Part shown: positions 52,301-61,200 of the stretch, piece by piece
How the letters are laid out: each line of letters opens with the position of its first letter
Numbering within the stretch: position 1 is the first letter of the stretch
NCBI GenBank assembly: GCA_008632985.1
Contig: QPGO01000063.1
Span: 186,001 to 250,000 of the forward strand
DNA: 64,000 nt
From: Psammoneis japonica
Taxonomy: Eukaryota
Direction of reading: 5' to 3'
The notes under the pieces: generated by a model
Told to the model about the DNA's origin: nothing
The model's database searches: none
The model's input: only the letters and a program-made list of their open reading frames with translations
Program-made: the position numbers and the translations under genes

Positions 52301-54224
52301 GAATGCAGCAGATGGCCTTGGAGACATGGGATTGTCCTCAGGACCTGCACGCAAGCTGGGCACAAGTGTGCAACTGCTTGAAATGCTGGATGTTCTCTAG
52401 AATGTGCTTGCCAAAACAACCATTCCCCAAAGGTCCAAAGGCCATTGCTTTGGTTGATCTGTGTGGCACTTTCTTCCATGGTGGTGGTGACATGGGTTTG
52501 TCTGTAACTGGAATGGCTGCCAATCCACAGATTCCCACATCACTGGTGCTGCCTCTTCCAATGTGGAGTGCAAGGTGCAAGTTGGACAGAGCCAAGTCTT
52601 TGGTTTTGGTGAATGCAGCAGCAAACATTCCAAGACAGTGCTTGATTGATGCCACCCTCCCCATCAGAGAGCCGCCACCCCATGCGCATTCAGGCAGTCA
52701 TGCACATGTTTGGTCTTTGCTGTGGTGAGCACACTGCCATGCGTGGAGCTCTGCATGCACTGAGGAAATGCACAGGTCCCACGCAGATGCCAAGAAAGAC
52801 AGATCTCCATAACCCCATTGTCCATGAGAGGCAAGGTGACAGCCAACCTGTTGGTGAACTTGCACAGAGTGCCCCTGTGAACCACCCAGCAGCGCTGCAA
52901 CTTGGTCTGTGGCTTGAGCAGATCCTGTGGAGGCAGAGTGGATTTTGGTGAGGCACACAGGAAGCAGACAGAAACTGGTGGCAGAAGAGTTGCATGTCTT
53001 TCCACATGCATGACAGAGACAAGCCCCTTGAGGTCTGGTGGCATGGTGGTGGCTCCCTGGCATGCAGTGCTTGGATGACAGCCAGACATGGACTCTCCTT
53101 TCTCAGCACTGGCCAGCATGTGCCACATCTTAAGAAGGACAGCTTCAGAGGCAACTTTGCACATGCAGTGGATGCTTGAGACAGTCTGCAGGAATTTCTG
53201 TGTCAGCATCTTGGGCAGTGGCATTGGTGTGCTGTTGAGCAAACTTGCCCTGCATGATGGCCTGAAGTGTCTGCATGAGCATGAGGTTGGCAGTTCCTGC
53301 ACAATTTGCCAGAGGCAGCATGTCTTTGGTGATCCATGACCAGATGTGGCAGTTGAGTGTGCCATCTGCCACAGGTGCTGCTGGTGTGTCCATGGACAAT
53401 GCTGGTGGTTTGGGGTCACCACCGGCTGCTCCAACTGGATGGCATGTGGCAGCTGTGCATGCCCAGTTGAGCATGCAGCAGTGCACACCATGGCCATTGA
53501 AGATGATGGCTTGAAATGTGTTGGTGCAGAACTCTTGGGGAGTGAAGTGCTGCCAGGCAAGTGCGCGGGAAGCACAAGCCAGTGGAATGGGTGCAGTGAA
53601 GTGGGGGCAGACTTCCTTGGGCCAATGTTGGCAGCACCGGCTCCCCAAGGGCCAATGCAGTCCATGCTCACAGCAGCAATCCACTGGTTGTCTGTGTCAC
53701 CCAGCACAGGTGCTCAAGCCACCTGTGTGTGGGTGAAGGCATTGGCCAGCCATGCAACCAGAGTGACCTGGTTCCCCGGACCAATGTTGGATGCAAATGT
53801 GTGTGCTGTGTTGTCCCAGGCAGTTGTGAGACCCAGCATCGGGGCATGGCAGGTGGTGTGATGGAGCACCCAGACCTGCAGGGGATCAGAGCTGGCAAGG
53901 TGGACAAAGACCTTGGGAACATTGTTGTCTGTGGCAAGTGCCCCATCTCATGGTGCAGCTGGGGCAGCGGTGCTCTGAGCTGAAAAAGGAGCTGAGCAAG
54001 CTTGGCAGTCTCCTTGGAGGGCATCAGGCAGTGTGCCATGCAAGGCCTCACAGGTGACATGATGGGGTGCAGCCATGATGGTGGAGACACAACACTCTCT
54101 CACAAAAACAAATTGTCTTTGACCACAGCAGTTGTGCTGCAATCAAAAACAATGAACATTCAACTGCTTTTGTTTCTCTCTCTCCTGTTCTTCAGCCAGC
54201 CACATGGTGAGTCAGTTTCCAACT

Positions 54225-54261
<37 letters not shown>

Positions 54262-54342
54262 ACCCAACTGTCAATGGCAGATTCTTCACTGCACCTGACT
54301 GTCAATGGCAAATTCTGTGCTGCACCTGTTCCACGCAGACCT
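48918..54342 (-). mobile_element. Decayed Ngaro-like YR retrotransposon 4 with split direct repeats
   Basis: A repeat ~54120-54342 = ~48965-49137; short B repeat GTCTGCTGTTCCACAG at ~48922 and ~49150. RT KIDIFNGF, PLSLPMCWVE, DVCVDDFVG, TVLGWVIDT; RH MDAAGPGMG; YR ISAHSLQAGGTMALL..VGCWHSDKLLRCLH. Confidence 0.9.
54227..54260. repeat. (TG)n microsatellite
   Basis: About 17 TG units inside the A1 repeat. Confidence 0.95.
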
Positions 54343-56774
54343 CTGTGGCAGATGAAATCAAAGCGGGGCATCCCGACCCATGCTGTCAAGAAGGAAATGG
54401 AAGGCAAGATTGAACACAGACAGATCAAGGATGAGAGAAGGGATCTGCTGCAGCAAAACACATGCCCCAGTGGCATCCCGGAACTCAACACACATGCCAC
54501 TCACCTCAGCAGCAGTGCAATTGGCACACTGAGCAACTGGATCATGCTTTGGCTTTCCCACAGGCTCCAGCAGAGTGCAAGATTTACATGCAAATGCTGA
54601 AAGGATTTGAAATCAACAAAGGAAATTGGATTTTGTGCTGCACCTCAATCGGACTGACAAGCCAGGTGAGCATGAAACAAGCACCTGGTCTCAACAAGTT
54701 GACAAAAGAGCCAAGTTTCACACAGTCCAAGGTTGATGAGTGTGCATTCCATCGAGGCAAGATGATGCACTCACTGCACTCTGATGACAGCTTGCCAGCA
54801 GGACCTGACAAGAAGAAGACAGATCAAATCTACAAGGACCCAAAGGCTGCTGAGCTGAACATTGCAGCAGAGGGAGACATGGAAGATTTCCTTGGTGTCA
54901 ACAATGAAAAGAAAAGTGATGGTGCAGCACATCTTGCACAGCCACACCTCATTGATCAAATGCCAAATGACCTGAAGCTTGATGGTGATGACGCAAAGCC
55001 CAAGGATGCTCCAGCCTCATCTTCAAAATTGTCATCCAGGCACTCTGACTCAGAACCCTTTGATGGACACTGCAATTGCAGATCCATTGTCAGCAAACAA
55101 AACCATCTAGAGAAGGCCACAAGGAGCAACATTGCTTGTGTCATGCACCAGTGTGCACGATTTGCAGCAAATCCTGGGGTGGAACATGGTCAAGCACTCA
55201 AATGGTTTGGACAACATCTCAAAGATGCAAGAGATGACAAAGGCACCATGCTGAAACTTCAAGAAGACAAAGACTTGAAAGCACACATCAATGCCAACTT
55301 CAGCGGCACCAACTGGGGCCCTGAAGAGGCAGCTGCTGATCATGACACTGCCATGGTTCATCAAGACATGGACAAATTGTCATGTGTGCAAGATGTCCAA
55401 TCCTTTGGAAATCTTGGCTGCAAACAGAGATTGCATTGGGTTCAACCAAGAGTGAGCACACCAGCTCATCATGTGTGTTGAGAAGTGCAATGCCTCTTGT
55501 GGAGCTGCTCAAGGAAATGAAGCACAGCAGCTTCCCAGTGCACACCTGCAAGCCAACAGTTCATTGTCGCGTGTTTGAGGACAACAACAGAGCTCTGGAA
55601 ACTGCAAAAATCTGTGGGTGCTGTCCAAGAACCAAACACCTGAATGCAAAGCTGCACCACTTCAGAGACTGTGTGTCCAGCAGGGGAGAAACTTCCGCCC
55701 ATCCTGTCGACACCAAGGAGCAACTCACCAATTGTCTTGCAAAGCCAGTGGGTGCAAACACCCTGCTCTTGTTGAGTCCACCGGTGATGGGGTTGCAGGG
55801 CTTGAACAAAGTCCGCTGGTGTTTGGCTGAAGCATGTTCAGAGGGCAATTGCCCAATGTCCCAAATGAGAGGGAGTGTCAAACAAACAACCTCACACTCG
55901 AGTTTGCATCATGTGAATGCATCCAGTCATGAAGACATTGCAAACATTGAGCAATGACCCCTGTTGATTGATCTCATTGACTGCAATTCAAAAGGAGCTT
56001 AAAATGTTCAGAATTCCTCCATTGAGTGTTGAAACTGATCTGCCCAATGCTCTGTGCAAATGCAGAATTGCTCTGCCACACTCACAATTTGTGAACTTGC
56101 TTCGCCACAACAGCCGAGCTCTTTGTCAGCCCAAATGCCTTGGTGAGTGCCAATGGTTGGCAGCTGGGCACTTTGGCAGAAGACCAGACTGAGTTGAAAA
56201 TTGCAAAAGTGTTGGTCAGCACACTGGCAAGTCCTTTGTGTCTGAGTCATTGGAGCCATCTGCGGTGCGCCAATCATGGCTCTGCTGCAGCGCAATCAAC
56301 TTTGCAAAGACTTGGAAAAAAGACAGGGTTCAAGTTTTGTGAAGAGTGTTTGCAGAGCCACGTGTGCACTCAACATTTGATTGGCTGCAGTGGCAGTGGC
56401 AAGTGAGCACATTTGTGTGTTTGTGGCTTGCAGGGCGACAACACTGAGAGCCCCGAAGCAAGCGGCAGTGACGCCAAGAGTCCTTGGCAGACTGGCGAGC
56501 TGCAAGACCATGATGAGCCCAATTTTGAGCTAAAAAGTGATGAGTTGGTGGCAGGAGCAAAGTGGCTTGTGGCTGAGAGGAGAGTGGGCAGTGCAGCGGC
56601 TGTTGGTTGTTGTGTTTGTCGATTTCTCTTTTTTTGGCATGCAACGACTGTTGATGGCTGACGTCAAAGTTTGTGGTGCGGATTTGTCACGGAAACAAAT
56701 CCATCCATTGTGTGGAATTGGCGGGTGGCGAAAACCCTCATTTCTTCAATTCCGTCGATTCTTCTCATTCCCTG

Positions 56775-57570
56775 CGCATCCGACACGATGAATGTGCCGA
56801 TGACGTTACATACAACCGAAGGCTTGGTGCAACACACAGCCACTGATAAGAGTCAATGTGTCACGGCGATGTGTTACAGCCTTTAAATGTCACAAATTGC
56901 GTGACAAAAATAACCTTTTGTCTGCATGCATGCTGCATTATGAATTCATAGCGGAGTGGTTCATCTCGCAACCATTAGGCAGGAGGCCAGGGGTTCGAAA
57001 CCCGAGTGGGAGTTGTCTGCAGCAACGTTGATCACTGTCGAACGCGTAAAACTCTGTGCAGTTCTGTATGTTCCTTCGTACGTACCCACACTGTTCCGCC
57101 AAAACCGTGCAGTGTCAGTACACGTTAGTAAAGAGCCGTATGGACGCGTGATACATGGGGAGGAGTGCAATATACAGCTACTAATAAGAGTTTTAATGTA
57201 TCACGGCGACGTGTTACAGCCTTTAAATGTCACAAAGGGCGTGACAAAAATAACCTTTTGTCTGCATGCATACTGCATTGGTGACATTCGATGTGAAGCT
57301 GTAGCCTGCCCGCCTGCCGGTGCAATGTGTGCGTGCATCCGACACGAATGAATGTTCGATGACACGTCATCCCGAAGGCTGGGTGAGTGACGGACATTGA
57401 AAGCTGTACAGTACTGTAGCCCATGCCTGCCGGGCAATGTGCATCCGACACATGTGAATGTCCGATGACGCGTCATCCCGAAGGCTTGGTGACATTGAAA
57501 GCTGCTGCTGTATCCTACTCAATGTATATGTGATTCTATCCGACACGTATGAATGTTCCGATGACACGTG
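56775..57570 (+). repeat. Degenerate ~105-bp tandem repeat, about 4 units, first unit interrupted by the TRIM
   Basis: ATCCGACAC..TGAATGT..CGATGAC core at ~56778, ~57337, ~57443, ~57538, followed by CCGAAGGCT in the first three units. Confidence 0.8.
56828..57277 (+). mobile_element. TRIM (miniature LTR element) carrying a tRNA-like Pol III promoter
   Basis: LTRs 56828-56937 and 57166-57277 (TGCA...TGCA); PPT GGGGAGGAG at 57157-57165; 4-bp TSD TTGG; empty site GGCTTGGTGACATT at ~57483; internal A box TAGCGGAGTGG (56949) and B box GGTTCGAAACC (56992). Confidence 0.85.
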
Positions 57571-57769
57571 TTCTCTACTACTCTCTACGCATCATAGCTA
57601 CTAGAGTAGTAGAGCGAGAGGGCCTTATTGTCACGTCTATCTATGAATATATTATTATGTACTCGTGCGCAATAATAAATAGTAAGCACTCTACCACCAG
57701 CATACACTCTCTACTCTACTCTACTAGCTACTGTAGAGAGCTTATAGTAGCTAGATCGGTGACACTGTT

Positions 57770-58235
57770 TCGAGAAGCTTCTCCAGTCCGGCACTTTAGT
57801 AGAACCTTGTATGATTTCTACCTACTGCGTCAGCTCAAAAAAAGTTGAAAGCTTTCCCTGTCCGGCACTGGGTGGAACCTGGTATGATTTCTGTCAATGC
57901 TGCTCCCAGCTGCGAACGTCTGCGATCAGAAGAGGTTGTCAAATCTCACAAATCTAGACTCGAAGCTTAACAACATGATCTCATTCATGTGGGTTTCTTC
58001 AGATGACGTCCAAACCGAAGGTGACGTCAAAAGCTGCATTGAGAAGGTTTGTTCTGTTGACGTCAAACCGAAGGTGACGCTGAAGGCTGCATTGAAAAGC
58101 TTTCCCAAACCGGCACTGGGTAGAGCTTGGCATGATTTCTGTTGGTGCCTGCTACGAATTTTTACGATTTAAAATCGAGGGGTTGTCAAAGCTCACAAAA
58201 TCGAGATTCGAAACTCAACAACATGATCTCATTCA
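57770..58235 (+). repeat. Duplicated upstream segment, including a duplicated AACAACATGATCTCATTCA start context and a TGACGT cluster
   Basis: 57846-57987 matches ~58092-58235; partial third copy at 57775-57820. Confidence 0.75.
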
Positions 58236-61200
58236 AACCCATCGCTCTTTTAGTGATTGCTGGCACTTGTGGGTGCTCTGAGGTCCATGCCGAGCTCTTG
58301 GTGAGTCACAAAAAACGAGTTGTTTTCGCATTGTTGTCGGTTCTGGCTTCGTTCTCCCGCTCTCCGACAAGATTTCCCTCCACCGATGAGATCCTCCACC
58401 CTCGACCCTAGTTCGCAAGTTGGCTCTTTCCACCACAGCACGCTCTTTCAAGATCATCCTTGTCTTCCAACCAAGCCTTCATTTCGACAGCAGCACCTCG
58501 GTTGGCAATGTTGATCGCTCTGTGATGTCAAAGGAAGCGTCCGTAATCCTTTTTTCATGGTCTCGTGCGTGGCCTCCTTGTGGCGTCGATTGTTGTCTGT
58601 TGTCCCTTCGCATTCGTTCTGTTTGCTTCACGCGCCGGCTGGTTTCGCGCTCGCCCTTTCCATGGACCCATTTCGAATCAATCTGCGCAGCTTCTAATCC
58701 TCCTACCCCTTTGTCGCTCTGCCACATGGCAACAGGCCCGTCTCCACTCTCCTGTGGTTGCCGGATTGGTGGGTCTTTCCATGATTGGTGTGGCGGAGGC
58801 GGCGGTACGTAAAAAATGACCCTACTGTGACTGTCGTGCCGGTGTCTATGACTGGACATTATCGTCATCTCACCTCACCACCCACAATCGCGCTCTCATC
58901 TCTCATCCATCCATTACATCTAATAAAACACAGGCCACTGCCGATGACGAAGGTGCCGAGGAAGCTGGTGGAAGCTTCTCTCAACGTCAGGAAGCCGTAA
59001 TCAGGAACCGTGAGCTGCTTCGCCACGAACATGTGGAGGCGGCCGGGACGAAGCGTCGTCTGCGACACGATGACGGCGTCAAGGAGGCAAGCTACTATCG
59101 CCGTCTCGTCAGTTGGTTTAACTCGGATGACGTTGGAGCCACCCAGGAGATGGATGGCAACCGTAGCGTCAAAACGGTGAGTGATCATACCTGCTCGTAT
59201 GATAGATTGTGATGTTTGATTGCGGGAACTCTCGCTGACGTTTGTCCATTAAACAAATGAACGCTTGCTTCAGACTCGCAAGTTGGATGCCGCGGGGAAT
59301 GCGGAGGTGTTGCCTGGCCAGGTCTGCATGCAAGAGGCAGCTGGGTTCAATCTGGGATGTACGGCTGGCGATGTCAGATTGGCCAGTGTCTCCAACATTG
59401 TCATCGAGGATGATGGTTGTGCCTTCGCTGGCGATACTGTCACCTTTACGGCAGACTTTGAAGTTCTCCTAACGGCCCAAGCCCGCCATGACATTGGCAT
59501 TTGGTTCTCGGAAGATGGCGACCCTAACGGTGATGCTTCTCTTACAGGAACATGCACTGCGGTCACGCCCGCCTATGGTCCGGACCCTCCCTTTTTGGAT
59601 CTGGATGGAACCAACGATCCATTTCCTGGTGATAACACAGCCTCTGGTATTCAAGACACTTGCGGTGATATCGACGGTGATCACAACCCACTCTATCCGA
59701 AAATTACCCTGACTGTCACATGCATTGATCCCGATGGAGATCTGTTTCTCAATTTGCCCTACTGCACAAGCTGGAGGCAGCCAGGTGGCAACGATCTTTG
59801 CACCAGTCCTCTAGACGCTTTCCCTGGTGCACCCTCCAAGTGTCTGTGCGATGAAAACTTTAACATCCCAATTCAAGTGCCTGCATGTGACCCCGAAGAG
59901 TGTGCTGATCAGTGCAACGACGGGGACTGCTCGACGGGTACTTGTGTCCCAGTCCCCAAGCCCGCCTCTACGCCTTGTGAGGATGGTCTGTATTGTACGT
60001 CGTTTGGAGGCGTCCCAGGAGATGCTGACCACTGCGATGGAGCCGGAACTTGCGTGGGCACTCCTGTGGATTGCGGCATGGGCGACCAGTGCAATGACAA
60101 GAGTTGTGATGAAGTTGCGGACATGTGCGTCGATGTTCCCAAGGCCGCTTCTACGCCCTGTCAGGACGGCGACCGTTGCACTTCGTTTGGAGGTGGCGAG
60201 GGCGATATGGACCACTGCGATGGAAACGGATCTTGCGTGGGCGATCCTGTGGATTGCTCCTCGTTGGATGATCAGTGCAACGATGGTGTTTGTAATGCCA
60301 GTACTGGTGCTTGCGAGGCTGTCCCCAAGGCCGCCTCTACGCCCTGTCAGGACGGCGACCGTTGCACTTCGTTTGGAGGTGGCGAGGGCGATATGGACCA
60401 CTGCGATGGAGCCGGAACTTGCGTGGGCACTTCTGTGGATTGCTCCTCGTTAGATGATCAGTGCAACGATGGTGTTTGTAACGCCAGTACTGGTGCTTGC
60501 GAGGCTGTTCCCAAGGCCGCCTCTACGTCCTGTCAGGACGGCGACCGTTGCACTTCGTTTGGAGGTGGCGAGGGCGATATGGACCACTGCGATGGAGCCG
60601 GAACTTGCGTGGGCACTTCTGTGGATTGCTCCTCGTTGGATGATCAGTGCAACGATGGTGTTTGTAATGCCAGTACTGGTGCTTGCGAGGCTGTTCCCAA
60701 GGCCGCCTCTACGCCCTGTCAGGACGGCGACCGTTGCACTTCGTTTGGAGGTGGCGAGGGCGATGTGGACCACTGCGATGGAGCCGGAACTTGCGTGGGC
60801 ACTTCTGTGGATTGCTCCTCGTTAGATGATCAGTGCAACGATGGTGTTTGTAATGCCAGTACTGGTGCTTGCGAGGCTGTCCCCAAGGCCGCCTCTACGC
60901 CCTGTCAGGACGGCGACCGTTGCACTTCGTTTGGAGGTGGCGAGGGCGATATGGACCACTGCGATGGAGCCGGAACTTGCGTGGGCACTTCTGTGGATTG
61001 CTCCTCGTTAGATGATCAGTGCAACGATGGTGTTTGTAATGCCAGTACTGGTGCTTGCGAGGCTGTCCCCAAGGCCGCCTCTACGCCCTGTCAGGACGGC
61101 GACCGTTGCACTTCGTTTGGAGGTGGCGAGGGCGATATGGACCACTGCGATGGAGCCGGAACTTGCGTGGGCACTTCTGTGGATTGCTCCTCGTTGGATG

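Larger units (their letters stand above)
45400..56000 (+). mobile_element. Decayed CoDi-like Copia retrotransposon (PR, IN, RT, RH, PPT, 3' LTR start), split by YR element 4
   Basis: PR region DTDSGPAGMDN; IN WLRLHQKCGH, VSVDQMVSPT, CHVDDGTF, AGVDAHHVNG; RT MCVHQAMKQQDHKEF..TLPAVW | QMKSKR..KARLN; EGDMEDFLGV; RH QTEIALGSTKSEH, FEDNNRALE, RTKHLNAKLHHFR; PPT GAGAGGGAG then TGTCA at 55876. Confidence 0.92.

Noticed and set aside
54227..54260. (TG)n as a converted (TA)n tract
   Set aside because: Two-strand conversion would give mixed TG/CA, and the partner repeat lacks the run, so slippage is simpler.
45400..55800. ADAR-like RNA editing of retroelement transcripts
   Set aside because: Both Tyr->Cys and Tyr->His occur in one ORF, and DNA MITEs, LTR pairs and post-insertion duplicates are affected.
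10700..56800. Hundreds of 60-440 aa ORFs in the six-frame track
   Set aside because: Nearly Tyr-free, Cys/His/Trp-rich and overlapping in all frames; expected from TAA/TAG loss. Only the TE motif remnants are meaningful.
10700..56800. Classical fungal RIP or APOBEC-type editing as the explanation
   Set aside because: C->T processes raise TpA and create TAA/TAG stops; here TpA is lost.
56942..57015. Functional tRNA gene
   Set aside because: A and B boxes are present but the acceptor, anticodon and T stems pair poorly, and it lies inside a TRIM.
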